From: a virus
Virus record (IMG/VR): IMGVR_UViG_3300031991_000008
Span: 1 to 64,000 of that record
DNA: 64,000 bases
Strand: one strand, 5' to 3'
Made by a program: the position numbers and the translations under genes. Below, piece by piece: positions 44,803 through 55,249 of this stretch; position 1 is the first letter of the stretch, and the number at the start of each line of letters is the position of its first letter. The notes beneath the pieces are model-generated. The model did not search any database and had not been told where the DNA came from. It was given only the letters and a program-made list of their open reading frames with translations.

Positions 44803-46888
44803 GCCCCCGGCATACGACAGCCTCGAACAGATGGTTGCACAGGCGGCGGAAGTAATTCGTCCGCCTGATCGGCTGACTGTTGCCGAAGCGGCCGAGAAGT
44901 ATCGGTGGATCGACAACCCCGGCAACTACACGGGTCCATATCGAAACGATCTCACGCCCTACATGGTCGAGCCGATGGAAGTGCTCACGTCGCAGGAATT
45001 CACCGGCATGATCTTCGCCGGACCTGCGCAATGCGCCAAGACCGAAGGCGTGATGAATTGGGTGACGCACTCGGCGATCTGCGATCCGGCCGACATGATG
45101 ATCGTCACTCCGACGAACACGGCGTCGCGAGACTTCTCTAAGCGGCGTCTTCAACGTCTCTATCGCGACACGACCGCGCTACGCGCGTTGCTCCTTCCCG
45201 GCCGCAACGGATCGAACGTGTTCGACACGCAATTTCGCAACGGGATGCTGCTTACGCTCGCTCACCCGTCGAGCGCCGAACTCGCGGGTAAGCCGATCCC
45301 GCGCCTGTGGCTGACGGACTACGACCGGATGCCCGAAGACATCGACGGCGAAGGCTCGCCATTCGATCTGTCGAAGAAGCGCGCTACGACGTTTCGTCGC
45401 TTCGGCATGTGCGTCGCGGAATCCTCTCCGTCGTATCAAGTCGAACAGCCGAAGTGGATCGCCGCCACTCCACACGAGGCGCCGCCGACGCGCGGCATTC
45501 TCTCGCTCTACAATCGCGGCGACCGGCGCCGTTGGTATTGGAAGTGCCCGCATTGCGAAGTCCCGTTCGAGCCTGAATTCAAGTATCTCCAATACCCGGA
45601 CGAGGGCGACGACCTGTTCCGTGCAGAGCACGCGGTGATGATCTGCCCTGCGTGTTTCGGCGAGATCGACCACAGCATGAAGGCGAAGTTGAACCGCGAA
45701 GGTCGCTGGGTTCGAGACGGAATGAAGTGGAACAAGGACGGCACGATCACCGGCCGTCCATATCGTTCCGACATCGCTAGCTTTTGGTTGAAGGGCGTTG
45801 CCGCTGCGTTCGCGGAGTGGAAGACGCTCGTGCTAAACTTCCTCAAGGCCAGCGAAGAATACGAGAAGACGGGCTCCGAAGAAGCGCTCAAGACCACGAC
45901 GAACACCGACCAAGGCGATCCGTACATCTCGAAGGCGACGATGAACGAACGCCTGCCGGAAGAGTTGAAGGCACGCGCCGAGGATTGGGGAAGCACGGCC
46001 GCCGAACCGACCGTCCCGCCGTGGGTTCGCTATCTCATCGCGACGGTTGACGTGCAGGCGGGCGCGAAGTCGTCGTTCGTCGTGCATGTGCATGGTGTCG
46101 GTCCAGGTAACGACGTGACTATCGTAGACATGTTCAAGATCAGGAAGTCGAATCGTCTCGACGAAGATCAAGAACGAGAGTCCATCGACCCCGCCGCGTA
46201 TCCCGAAGATTGGGACGTGCTCATCGAGCAAGTGATTGAGAAGACGTATCCGCTCGCCGATGGCAGCGCGCGTCGAATGCAGATCAAGCTCTCGGGTTGC
46301 GACTCGGGTGGTGCCGAAGGTGTGACGACCAACGCCTATAATTTCTGGCGTCGTCTGCGCGACGACACCGAAGGCCGTAAGTATCACACGCGCTTTCAAC
46401 TGCTCAAGGGTGAACCGTCGAAGACGGCGCAGCGATACAAGATCGCGCACCCGGACTCGCAGCGACGCGACCGTAAGGCTGGCGCTCGCGGCGACATTCC
46501 CGTTGGCTTCATCAACTCGAACACGCAGAAGGATACCGTCTACGCGATGCTCGGCCGCACCGAACCGGGCGGCGGCATGGTCCGCTATCCATCGTGGGCG
46601 GAAGATTGGCTCTACATGCAGTTGACGGCGGAAGTTCGCACGCCGAAGGGCTGGGTGAGCACGAGCCGTCGCCGGAACGAAGCGTTCGACTTGCTCTACT
46701 ACGCCGTGTCCCTTCTCATCGACCCGCGCATCCAAGGCGAGAAGATGGATTGGGAAGACCCGCCTGGATGGGCGAAGGAGTGGGACAAGAACGATCTCGT
46801 CATCGAAGGCGACGCGGCGGGCGGCTTTGTCGTGCATAAGCGGTCTCGGCGGAAGTCCCTGCGGGCGCTCGGCGACCGCCTTAGCTGA
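44783..46888 (+). CDS. terminase large subunit, lambda GpA family
   Basis: ...AEKYRWIDNPGNYTGPYRNDLTPYMVEPMEVLT... and the overall 701-aa architecture match Terminase_GpA. Confidence 0.8.
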   Translation: MVATKRKPPAYDSLEQMVAQAAEVIRPPDRLTVAEAAEKYRWIDNPGNYTGPYRNDLTPYMVEPMEVLTSQEFTGMIFAGPAQCAKTEGVMNWVTHSAICDPADMMIVTPTNTASRDFSKRRLQRLYRDTTALRALLLPGRNGSNVFDTQFRNGMLLTLAHPSSAELAGKPIPRLWLTDYDRMPEDIDGEGSPFDLSKKRATTFRRFGMCVAESSPSYQVEQPKWIAATPHEAPPTRGILSLYNRGDRRRWYWKCPHCEVPFEPEFKYLQYPDEGDDLFRAEHAVMICPACFGEIDHSMKAKLNREGRWVRDGMKWNKDGTITGRPYRSDIASFWLKGVAAAFAEWKTLVLNFLKASEEYEKTGSEEALKTTTNTDQGDPYISKATMNERLPEELKARAEDWGSTAAEPTVPPWVRYLIATVDVQAGAKSSFVVHVHGVGPGNDVTIVDMFKIRKSNRLDEDQERESIDPAAYPEDWDVLIEQVIEKTYPLADGSARRMQIKLSGCDSGGAEGVTTNAYNFWRRLRDDTEGRKYHTRFQLLKGEPSKTAQRYKIAHPDSQRRDRKAGARGDIPVGFINSNTQKDTVYAMLGRTEPGGGMVRYPSWAEDWLYMQLTAEVRTPKGWVSTSRRRNEAFDLLYYAVSLLIDPRIQGEKMDWEDPPGWAKEWDKNDLVIEGDAAGGFVVHKRSRRKSLRALGDRLS

Positions 46889-46958
46889 TTGCCGCCCGGT
46901 TGCGTTCTGGCGGGACCACGAGTAACGATGGACCCTTCCAGCGCTACGAGGGACCCCG

Positions 46959-47177
46959 ATGGCACTCACCACGCAACAAAGGCTCGATGCCGCCAAGGCC
47001 GCGTATCACGCGCTCTTGACGGGCACGTCGGCCAAGGTCGTCGTCGATCAGAACGGCGAACGGGTGGAGTTCACCACGGCCAACCGCGCCGCGCTACAAG
47101 CCTACATTCGCGAACTCGAAGATGAACTTGCGGGCACGCCTCGAACGCGCGGCCCGATGAAGGTGTGGTTCGGATGA
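46959..47177 (+). CDS. head-tail joining protein, lambda gpW family
   Basis: 72 aa: ..QRLDAAKAAYHALLTGTSAKVVVDQNGERVEFTTANRAALQAYIRELE.. matches the gpW pattern. Confidence 0.6.
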   Translation: MALTTQQRLDAAKAAYHALLTGTSAKVVVDQNGERVEFTTANRAALQAYIRELEDELAGTPRTRGPMKVWFG

Positions 47178-48859
47178 CTCGTCGCCCTCTTGCAGACCTG
47201 ATCGGAGCCGAGAACATCGTGCTCCGTGCCGCCCCGGCAGATACCGCGTCTCCCCCTCCGCGTGGACGCCGGGGCGGCGACCTTGCTATCGCGGGCGCCT
47301 ATGAAGGCGCGTCGCGGTTGTCGCGCGAGGTTGCGTTGTGGACCCCGCCGCTCCGCTCTGCGGACGCGGACATTCTCGACGAGATGGACACCGCGAACGG
47401 CCGCGCACGCGACGTGCTGCGGAACGACGCCTACATCCACGCGGGCGAGCACATGCACCGCGACGGCGTTGTCGGCGGCTACTACATGCTCAACGCGAAG
47501 CCGAACATGCGCGCGCTCGGCATGGCCGAAGACGAAGTGTGGGAAACCGAATTCCAAGAGGAAGTCGAAGCGAAGTGGTCGCTCTACGCGGACTCGCACG
47601 ATTGCTGGATTGATGCGTCGCGCCGTCAGACGTTCACGGGTCTCGTGCGTCTCGCGGTCGGCGTCTACCTCGCGTCCGGGGAAGTGCTCGCGACTTCCGA
47701 ATGGTTGCGCGGCGGCGGCCGTCCGTATCACACCGCGATCAACATGATCGAGAGCGAACGGCTCTCGAACCCCAGCTTTGGCGCGTCTTATGGGCGTTTG
47801 CGCGGCGGCATCCTTCACGACCGTTACGGCGCACCGCTGACCTATTACATCCGCGATTCGCACCCGAGCGACATCGCCATGCTCGAAAACGAATGGACGT
47901 GGACCGCGTACCCTGCGCGCCTGCGCTTCGGCCGCGAGCGTGTCATTCACATCATGGAGCAGTCGCGGATCGCGCAGTCTCGCGGTGTGACCGAACTCGT
48001 TCACGCGCTCAAGGAAATGAAGACGACCAAGCAGTTTCGCGACATCATGTTGCAGAACGCGGTTGTCAATGCGACGTTCGCAGCGTCCATCGAATCTGAA
48101 ATTCCCGCGCAAGCATACGAAGCGCTCGGCGGCGGCGACAGCGATCCGCTCATCGACTACGCGGAAAACTATCTCGGCGCGGTCAGCGATTACGCAGGCG
48201 GCGCGCGTTCGCTCACGCTCGATGGCGTTCGCATCCCGCATCTGTTCCCCGGTCAAAAGCTGCAACTGCGCCCCGCTGGCGCGAACGGCCCGCTTGGCAC
48301 TGATTTCGAGTCGTCGCTTTTGCGCTACATCGCGGCCGATCTCGGCGTCAGCTACGAAGAACTCTCGGGCGACTTCACGAAGACCAATTACTCGTCGGGC
48401 AAGATGGGCGCGCTGCGGACGCAGAAGCGCATGACGGCCCGCAAGGTGATGGTGGCCGACCGCTTCGCAACGTCGGCATATCGCGGGTGGTTCGAGGAAG
48501 TCGTCAACGCTGGCGGCTTCGAGACCATGAAGGGTCGCCCGGATTTCTATGCGGACCCTCTCAACAAGGACGCCTATTGCTCGTGCGATTGGATCGGCGC
48601 GTCTCGCGGTCAGATCGACGAACTCAAGGAAACCCAGGCCGCGATGCTCCGCGTCACGAACAACCTGTCCACGCTGGAAGACGAACTCGGCAAGATGGGC
48701 AAGGATTGGCGGAAGGTTCTGCGCCAGCGCAAGCGCGAGAAGGAAGCCATCGACGCCGCAGGGTTGGCGCCGCCCGAGGATAACCGTATGAGTAATTCCA
48801 TCACGGGCGCTCCGCGCGAGAGCCGCGACCAAGAAGGAGCCGGTAATGGCGACGAATAA
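47174..48859 (+). CDS. portal protein (lambda B-type)
   Basis: Follows gpW with an ATGA overlap. About 560 aa, in the typical position. Confidence 0.75.
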   Translation: MTRRPLADLIGAENIVLRAAPADTASPPPRGRRGGDLAIAGAYEGASRLSREVALWTPPLRSADADILDEMDTANGRARDVLRNDAYIHAGEHMHRDGVVGGYYMLNAKPNMRALGMAEDEVWETEFQEEVEAKWSLYADSHDCWIDASRRQTFTGLVRLAVGVYLASGEVLATSEWLRGGGRPYHTAINMIESERLSNPSFGASYGRLRGGILHDRYGAPLTYYIRDSHPSDIAMLENEWTWTAYPARLRFGRERVIHIMEQSRIAQSRGVTELVHALKEMKTTKQFRDIMLQNAVVNATFAASIESEIPAQAYEALGGGDSDPLIDYAENYLGAVSDYAGGARSLTLDGVRIPHLFPGQKLQLRPAGANGPLGTDFESSLLRYIAADLGVSYEELSGDFTKTNYSSGKMGALRTQKRMTARKVMVADRFATSAYRGWFEEVVNAGGFETMKGRPDFYADPLNKDAYCSCDWIGASRGQIDELKETQAAMLRVTNNLSTLEDELGKMGKDWRKVLRQRKREKEAIDAAGLAPPEDNRMSNSITGAPRESRDQEGAGNGDE

Positions 48860-50165
48860 CGATGGCGCTCTCGCGATGCTCGCAGGCTTCGGCGACTTCG
48901 ATCCGATGCTCATCGCGCCCGATCAGAACAACCGCGTGACGGCGTGCCTTCGCGCGCTCGCTTCACATCCGCAAGCGGACAACATCTTCGCCGCCGCTGG
49001 CGACATGAACATGCAAGACGACTTCTGGCCCGCGAGCGATTCGTGGCAGGCGTCGATCAAGCCGTATGTCGTCAAGGCTGGCGTTCTGCAAATCCCGGTT
49101 AAGGGCGTGCTCCTGCACAATTTTCCCTTCGCAATCGGCAGCTACGCCACCGGGTACTATTACATCCAAAAGGCATTGGAACGTGGACTTTCCGATCCCG
49201 ACGTGAAGGGCATCGCGCTCGTTTGCGATTCTCCGGGCGGCCACGTTGCGGGCTGCTTCGAGTTGTCGGATCGCATTCACGCGGCGCGCTCGATGAAGCC
49301 TATTGCTGCGTTCGCGCACGAGCACGCATTCTCGGCCGCGTATGCCGTGGCTTCGGCCGCTTCCCGCGTCACGGTGTCCAAGACGGGCGGCGTTGGTTCG
49401 ATTGGCGTCGTCACGATGCACGTCGATTTCTCGAAGCAACTCGACAACGCCGGGATCAAGGTCACGTTCATTTTCGCGGGCAAGCACAAGGTCGATGGGA
49501 ACCCCTATGAGGCTCTTTCCGACGACGCCAAGGCCCGCATTCAGGCCCGGATCAACGACACCTATGGGGTGTTTGTGGGGGCCGTGGCGAAGTATCGAAA
49601 GCTGGATGAAAAGAAGGTGCGCGCGGCGGGGGCGTTGACTTTTACTTCCAGCGAGGCTGTAGATCAGGGACTCGCTGATCGCGTCGGACCCTTGGATGAC
49701 GCTTTGGCTGAATTTGCAACTTGCCTTTTGGGCAATGACGGAGAAGACACCATGACCGATCAAGCGAAGCCGGGCGTCGCCCAAGCCGATCACGACGCCG
49801 CCGTCGCTGCCGCTGGCGCCACCGCAAAGGCGGCCGAGCGCAAGCGTATCGCGGACATCAAGGCGAGCGACGCGGCGAAGGATCGCCCCATCGCTGCCGA
49901 GTCTGTCGCGATGAACACCGAACTTTCGGTCGAAGCGGCCGTCGCGTTCCTCGGCACGCTGCCGAAGGAGACCGCCGCCAAGACGACCAACGCGGGCGAC
50001 CCCGCCTTCGCGTCTCGAATGGCTGCACAGGGCGCAGGCCCGGCCGCCGATCTCGAAGGCGCCGAGGAAGAAGAAACCGCCCTCACCGCCGACCAACGCG
50101 CCGACGCAGAAGCCGAACGACTTCTGGCCGCGCGCTTCGGCCCGCGCACTTCGGCCCGCAAGTAA
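48846..50165 (+). CDS. S49-family (ClpP/SppA-like) prohead protease with C-terminal scaffold-like Ala-rich domain (lambda C-like)
   Basis: ...CDSPGGHVAGCFELSDRIHAARSMKPIAAFAHEHAFSAAYAVASAASRVTVSKTGGVGSIGV is the S49 catalytic region. The C-terminal 150 aa are low-complexity and acidic. Confidence 0.75.
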   Translation: MATNNDGALAMLAGFGDFDPMLIAPDQNNRVTACLRALASHPQADNIFAAAGDMNMQDDFWPASDSWQASIKPYVVKAGVLQIPVKGVLLHNFPFAIGSYATGYYYIQKALERGLSDPDVKGIALVCDSPGGHVAGCFELSDRIHAARSMKPIAAFAHEHAFSAAYAVASAASRVTVSKTGGVGSIGVVTMHVDFSKQLDNAGIKVTFIFAGKHKVDGNPYEALSDDAKARIQARINDTYGVFVGAVAKYRKLDEKKVRAAGALTFTSSEAVDQGLADRVGPLDDALAEFATCLLGNDGEDTMTDQAKPGVAQADHDAAVAAAGATAKAAERKRIADIKASDAAKDRPIAAESVAMNTELSVEAAVAFLGTLPKETAAKTTNAGDPAFASRMAAQGAGPAADLEGAEEEETALTADQRADAEAERLLAARFGPRTSARK

Positions 50166-50192
50166 ACAACAGCGATCCACGGAGACACACAG

Positions 50193-50651
50193 ATGACCCT
50201 TCTCTCTCAAAATGCACCGGGCCTCGCTGGCGGCGACTCTGACGCCTACACGCAGGACAACACGATCCTCGCGGGCGTCGCACCGACTCGCACGTCCTAC
50301 GGCTACACCGTGGACGATCTCGTTCAATACTCGCTCGTCGGTCGCGTGACGATCACGGGCGAACTCAAGCTGTCCGCGTTCGCGGCGGCGGACGGTTCGC
50401 AGAATCCTATTGGCGTCACCACGCACGCCGTGTCGGCAGGCAACCAAGACTCCAACTCTTCGGCCGACTCGAACTCGGCGGTTGACGTTGAAGCCAATCG
50501 CGTCGGCTTCTACACGGACGGCGTGTTCAACTACGACCGTCTGGCGAAGGGCGCGGGCTGGACTCTCGATCTCCTGCGTCGCAACCTCGAACTCAATGGT
50601 CAGTCCATTGGCGTCGATGTGATCCGCACGGCGACGCCGACCGAATCGTAA
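50193..50651 (+). CDS. head decoration protein (lambda gpD-like)
   Basis: 152 aa between protease and capsid; composition and length match gpD. Contains an inserted DSNSSADSNS. Confidence 0.55.
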   Translation: MTLLSQNAPGLAGGDSDAYTQDNTILAGVAPTRTSYGYTVDDLVQYSLVGRVTITGELKLSAFAAADGSQNPIGVTTHAVSAGNQDSNSSADSNSAVDVEANRVGFYTDGVFNYDRLAKGAGWTLDLLRRNLELNGQSIGVDVIRTATPTES

Positions 50652-50681
50652 TCCCGAACAGCCCTCACGGAGCACAACAAC

Positions 50682-51770
50682 ATGGCTATCCAAATCCTCC
50701 CCTCCCGCACGCTGCTCGGCATCTATCGCGATGACCGCCTGGACGTGCCGCAAACCTTCTGGCGCGAACTCGGCGGCTTCACGCGCCGCACGGTCCAATC
50801 GACCCGCGAGGAAATCGCGTTCGAGAAGATCAACGCGCCGGGTCGTGAGATCGCGCCGTTCGTGCTCCCGACCAACACGGGCCGCCCGATCTACAAGCGC
50901 AAGGGCTCGACGGCCAAGACCTTCAAGCCGGGCTACATCAAGCCCCGCGATCCGGTCGTGCCGCAAGAGCAATTCTCGCGCCGCCCTGGCGATCTGTTCA
51001 CCGACGTTCCGAAGACGCCGCAGGCGAACCGCGACGCCGAGATCGTTGACATCGCGCAACGCCACCGCACGGCCATCGAGCGCCGTTGGGAATGGATGTG
51101 CGCGCAAGCGATCATCCACGGTCAAGTCGTGGTCAACTACGAAGACGGCCCGTCCGTCACCGTGGACTATGAGCGCGACTCCAACCTGACGGTCATCAAG
51201 ACGACCGATCTGTGGACGGCGAGCTACGACATCACGGGCGATCTGCAACGGTTCAAGGACCGCATGGCGAAGGCCCGCTTCGGTGCCCAAGCCGTGAACC
51301 TGATCGTCGGCGTGGAAGTCTGGCCGGTGATGCAGCAAAACGAAGCGCTGCTCAAGCGGATGGACTTGAACGTCAAGAACTCCGACGTGAACCTCAAGCG
51401 CGGCCTGATCCCGACTGTCGGCGCGCCGGAATCCCCGGCGACCTTCGTCGGCACCATCGACGGTCTGCTCAACGTGTGGGTCTACTCGGACTTCTACGAA
51501 GACGACGCGGGAAACCAAGTTGACTTCATGAATCCGCGCGACATCGTGCTCACGTCCGGCGATCCGGGCGGCGTGATGGCCTTCGGCGCCATCATGGATC
51601 ACGACGCTGATCTTCAAGCCCTCCCCGTCTTTCCGAAGATGTGGAAGAACGAAGACCCGAGCGCGATCTACATCATGCACCAATCGGCGCCGCTGCCGGT
51701 GATGCCGTTCCCGAACCGCACGTTCCACGCGCGCGTTGTGGACGAAGACTCGAACTCGGCGGGCTCGTAA
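50682..51770 (+). CDS. major capsid protein (lambda gpE family)
   Basis: 362 aa in gpE position. Ends ...VVDEDSNSAGS*. Confidence 0.7.
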   Translation: MAIQILPSRTLLGIYRDDRLDVPQTFWRELGGFTRRTVQSTREEIAFEKINAPGREIAPFVLPTNTGRPIYKRKGSTAKTFKPGYIKPRDPVVPQEQFSRRPGDLFTDVPKTPQANRDAEIVDIAQRHRTAIERRWEWMCAQAIIHGQVVVNYEDGPSVTVDYERDSNLTVIKTTDLWTASYDITGDLQRFKDRMAKARFGAQAVNLIVGVEVWPVMQQNEALLKRMDLNVKNSDVNLKRGLIPTVGAPESPATFVGTIDGLLNVWVYSDFYEDDAGNQVDFMNPRDIVLTSGDPGGVMAFGAIMDHDADLQALPVFPKMWKNEDPSAIYIMHQSAPLPVMPFPNRTFHARVVDEDSNSAGS

Positions 51771-51797
51771 CAACGGGCACGACGTAAACCGGACCAC

Positions 51798-51830
51798 GGG
51801 GCGAGCGATCAACGCTCGCCCCGTTTGTCC
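51798..51830 (+). terminator. terminator-like hairpin after the capsid gene (GGGGCGAGCG-atcaa-CGCTCGCCCC then GTTTGT)
   Basis: 10-bp perfect stem immediately 3' of the capsid stop with a short T-rich tail. Likely a partial terminator. Confidence 0.5.
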
Positions 51831-52205
51831 ACAGACCAAGAGGGAAACATGAAGATCAAGGCATTCGTGACTATCGTCGCGCCGGACGCTGAGACCGGCG
51901 AGGCAATCGAGATCAAGCCGGGTGGTATCGCGGATGTCCGCGACGACAAGGCCGAGTATTTGATCGACGAAGGCTACGCGGAAAAGGCCAAGCGCAAGGA
52001 CGAAGTGTCCGGCACGCAGTCGGCCACGGCCGCGAAGAAGTCAGGCGACCGCAAGGGCGCAACGCAGACCACGCGCGGCGGCGCTCGCCCCGAGCGCAGC
52101 ACGCGGCGCTCTCGCAAGGAACTTCTCGGCGACAAGGGTGAGAACCCGGATCGTGAGAAGGGCGAAAACGGCAAGGGCTTCGAGGAAGACTCGAACGCGG
52201 AGTAA
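51825..52205 (+). CDS. hypothetical head-associated protein (126 aa; ends ...EEDSNAE)
   Basis: ORF after the capsid gene. Low-complexity basic C-terminal half. Confidence 0.4.
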   Translation: MSTDQEGNMKIKAFVTIVAPDAETGEAIEIKPGGIADVRDDKAEYLIDEGYAEKAKRKDEVSGTQSATAAKKSGDRKGATQTTRGGARPERSTRRSRKELLGDKGENPDREKGENGKGFEEDSNAE

Positions 52206-52211
52206 GCGACA

Positions 52212-52613
52212 ATGGGATGGCGGGAAACTTTGACCGAGGCGCGGGCAGTCGTCCACGACACGATGAAGGTTCCCGTCATCCTGCTCGCATCACTTGCGAG
52301 TGTGAACGACTCCAATTCAACGGACGTGGCGCAACTCTTCGCCCGCATTCACAACAGCGACAAGGCGCTCGGCGACCAAGCCGGGACTTCACTCAACAGC
52401 GCAGAGCGCTACGAGCCGATTCAACGCGCGATCTTTTGGGTTGCGGAATTGACGGCCGCAGGCGTTACGCTCGACCGCAACATGGTCATCTCTGTGTTGG
52501 CAGGCGAAGCCTACAACATCGACACCGTTCGGCCGCAGGATCGCGAGACGATCACCGTGGAGATCACGCGGCTCGACGCAGAGGACTCGGCAGGACTGCC
52601 GTTGCCTGAATAA
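52212..52613 (+). CDS. putative head-tail connector/completion protein (133 aa)
   Basis: Position equivalent to lambda FII. Contains VNDSNSTD. Confidence 0.4.
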   Translation: MGWRETLTEARAVVHDTMKVPVILLASLASVNDSNSTDVAQLFARIHNSDKALGDQAGTSLNSAERYEPIQRAIFWVAELTAAGVTLDRNMVISVLAGEAYNIDTVRPQDRETITVEITRLDAEDSAGLPLPE

Positions 52614-53197
52614 TGGCAGGCGCCATCGAGATCACCATCCGCAATATCAGCGCGTTCGAGGAAGTCGAATCGTTGCTCAAGCGTGTGCCCATCGCAGCGC
52701 AACGCGCGATCAATCGAACGGCGTCGCACGCGCGAACTGAGTCTTCGCGACGGCTGCGTCAACAGATCAATTTCAGCGCGCGATACCTCGTGTCGAAGGA
52801 CGGCAAGATCGGTCTTGTCCCTGCATCGAAGGGTCGATTGCAAGCGCATCTCTCCGCGCAATCGCGGCCGTCGTCTCTTGCGCGCTTCGTTGTCGGCGCG
52901 GTCGGTAAGAAGACTGGCGCTCGCGTGAGCGTCGACCCAGGCGGCACGCGAACGCTGCCCGGCGCATTTCTCCTTGGTATTGGCGAGAACACGCTGCTCG
53001 CGGTGCGGTCGCCGCAGAAGCCTCGCACGGCTTACAAGCCCCGCCGCATTGGCAAGTCGCTGTGGTCGCTCTATGGTCCCTCGGTCGCGCAGGCATTGGT
53101 CACGCGCGACGGTCGCGGCATCTGGCCCGAGCTTGAGCCCGAGCTTGCAGTCATGCTCGAAAATGAATTCCTGCGGCAGATGAATTTGAAGGTGTAA
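52613..53197 (+). CDS. putative tail completion protein (lambda Z-like position, 194 aa)
   Basis: Gene order and size (lambda Z is 192 aa). Confidence 0.35.
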   Translation: MAGAIEITIRNISAFEEVESLLKRVPIAAQRAINRTASHARTESSRRLRQQINFSARYLVSKDGKIGLVPASKGRLQAHLSAQSRPSSLARFVVGAVGKKTGARVSVDPGGTRTLPGAFLLGIGENTLLAVRSPQKPRTAYKPRRIGKSLWSLYGPSVAQALVTRDGRGIWPELEPELAVMLENEFLRQMNLKV

Positions 53198-53198
53198 C

Positions 53199-53729
53199 AT
53201 GGCAGACCCGTTTCGACTCCGCGTGATGAAGAACCTGACGACGTTGCTCGAAGGAATCACCGAGTCCTCGAACTCGCCGGACGATGGCCCGCAGCACAAT
53301 CTCTCGGGCCATGTCTTCCGTGGTCGAAACATCTTCGGTGAGACTGATCCGCTGCCGATGATCGCGATCCTCGAAACCCCTGTCGCCATCGACCAATTGC
53401 CCGCGCCAGAAGAACAGGGCGCGTCGAGCGGACTGTGGGATATTTCGATCCAAGGGTTCGTCAAGGACGACAAGGAAAACCCGACCGATCCGGCATACCG
53501 ATTGGCGGCCGATGTCATCATGGCTCTCGCTGACGAGAAGCGCCGACCTGCGCTCGAACGTCAATCCAAGGGAAAGGTGGTAACGCCGCTGCTTGGCGAA
53601 TCGGGCGTGCTCGACATCTTCATCGGGAGCCCGGTCCACCGGCCGCCCGACGACATCTCGGGCAAGGCGTACTTTTGGCTGCAAATCACGGTCAAGGTGG
53701 CCGAGAAGCATAACGCCCCATACGCCTGA
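53199..53729 (+). CDS. putative tail terminator / DUF3168-like protein (176 aa)
   Basis: Position just before the tail tube gene. N-terminus ...LTTLLEGITESSNSP.... Confidence 0.35.
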   Translation: MADPFRLRVMKNLTTLLEGITESSNSPDDGPQHNLSGHVFRGRNIFGETDPLPMIAILETPVAIDQLPAPEEQGASSGLWDISIQGFVKDDKENPTDPAYRLAADVIMALADEKRRPALERQSKGKVVTPLLGESGVLDIFIGSPVHRPPDDISGKAYFWLQITVKVAEKHNAPYA

Positions 53730-53833
53730 CCCCTCCGTGGGGGCGTTGACTTTGGCTTCGGCCAAGGCTGTAGATGAGAGACGATTTTGTAAGCCGGGCG
53801 ATAAAGCCGGGCACCCTGCGTGGAGACTGACAG

Positions 53834-54658
53834 ATGGCCCAAGGCGAACCCCAAAACTATACCCTCGGTCGCGGCGAACTCTATTTCGCACGCTTCGCGA
53901 ACGAGACCACGAAGGCGCCCGCTGGCGAGCGCTACATCGGCAACACCCCCGAATTCTCGCTGACCATTTCGCAAGAAGTGCTCGATCACTTCTCGTCCGA
54001 CCGAGGCATTCGGGAAAAGGACGAGTCGATTGCGTTGCAGGTCAACCGCACCGGCACGCTGACGACCGACAACGTGAACCCGGAAAACGTCGCTCTGTTT
54101 TTCTTCGGCTCGAAGGCCGATGTCGTCGAAGCTGGCGGCGCTGTCACCGAAGAACTCGCTGCCGTGCAGCAAGAACTCTACTATCAACTCGGCGTCTCTG
54201 CGTCGCGGCCTGCGGGCGCGCGCGGCATCTCCGATCAAGACTCCTCGAACTCGGAAGGCGTGTTCCTCGTCGCCGAATCCGACTCGAACTCGCTCGGCGG
54301 CGTGGCCTTCGTTGAAGGCACCGACTACGAGATGGACTACGATCTCGGCCGCCTCTACATCAAGGCTGGCGGCGGCATCGCGAACAACACGAACCTGATC
54401 GTCTCGTATCAAGTCCGTGCCGCGACGTTCGAGCGCGTGATCTCGGGTTCGGAACCCGTCTCGGGCGTGCTGCGCTTCATCGCGCAGAACCCGACCGGCG
54501 ACGACATCGACTACTACTTCCCGTGGGTCAAGATCAGCCCGAACGGCGACTACGCGCTCAAGTCGGACGAATGGCAGACCATTCCGTTCAACATCGAAGT
54601 GCTCAAGCGCACTGATCGGGAAGCGATCTACGCTGACGGCCGCCCGACCTTCGCGTAA
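53834..54658 (+). CDS. major tail (tube) protein
   Basis: 274 aa immediately upstream of chaperones and the tape measure, followed by a strong terminator. Two SNS motifs. Confidence 0.55.
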   Translation: MAQGEPQNYTLGRGELYFARFANETTKAPAGERYIGNTPEFSLTISQEVLDHFSSDRGIREKDESIALQVNRTGTLTTDNVNPENVALFFFGSKADVVEAGGAVTEELAAVQQELYYQLGVSASRPAGARGISDQDSSNSEGVFLVAESDSNSLGGVAFVEGTDYEMDYDLGRLYIKAGGGIANNTNLIVSYQVRAATFERVISGSEPVSGVLRFIAQNPTGDDIDYYFPWVKISPNGDYALKSDEWQTIPFNIEVLKRTDREAIYADGRPTFA

Positions 54659-54686
54659 GCGTTGGGCACCACCGATCTATAGCCGA

Positions 54687-54721
54687 CGCCGGTCTCGCGC
54701 GAGGGACCGGCGTTTGCTTTT
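54687..54721 (+). terminator. rho-independent terminator (CGCCGGTC-loop-GACCGGCG then TTTGCTTTT)
   Basis: 8-bp stem, 10-nt loop and U-tract directly after the tail tube gene. Confidence 0.65.
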
Positions 54722-54769
54722 AGTAGGAGCCCGGTGTAATTTCGCCGGGTCATCCAAGAGAGGGTTCAC

Positions 54770-55249
54770 ATGGCAGGTCTTACCGCGCTCGGCTTTGAAA
54801 CGGCCGACGTAATTGCACGCAAGGCGAAGGGCGATCAGCCCGCTCGCTATCTCACCGTTCGAGGGCTCTCGGCATCCGATGTGATGCGCCTCGTCAAGAT
54901 TCACGGCCCCGCGCTCGGCCGCATGTTCGAGACCATCGTGTCCGGCAAGGTCAAGCTCGATCTCGACAGCGCCGCGATGCTGGCGGGCATGTGTCTCGAC
55001 CAAGCGCCCGCGCTGCTCTCCGACATCATTGTGGTCGCCGCCGACACGCCGCCCGAGGAAATCTTGGACGCCTTCGAGCAGGCGCAGCGTTTGCCGGTCT
55101 CGGTCCAACTTGAGGCGTTCGAGAAGATCGCCGAACTCACCTTCATCGACCAAACGCCGGGGGAGTTCGTGGAGACCGTAGTGAAGCTGCTCGGAGGGAT
55201 GAACGGTCTCCTAAGCGCCCTCAATCTCCCAAGCCCAGCAAGCCCCTAA
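54770..55249 (+). CDS. tail assembly chaperone (lambda G-like)
   Basis: 159 aa, acidic. It lies immediately before the frameshift extension and the tape measure. Confidence 0.5.
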   Translation: MAGLTALGFETADVIARKAKGDQPARYLTVRGLSASDVMRLVKIHGPALGRMFETIVSGKVKLDLDSAAMLAGMCLDQAPALLSDIIVVAADTPPEEILDAFEQAQRLPVSVQLEAFEKIAELTFIDQTPGEFVETVVKLLGGMNGLLSALNLPSPASP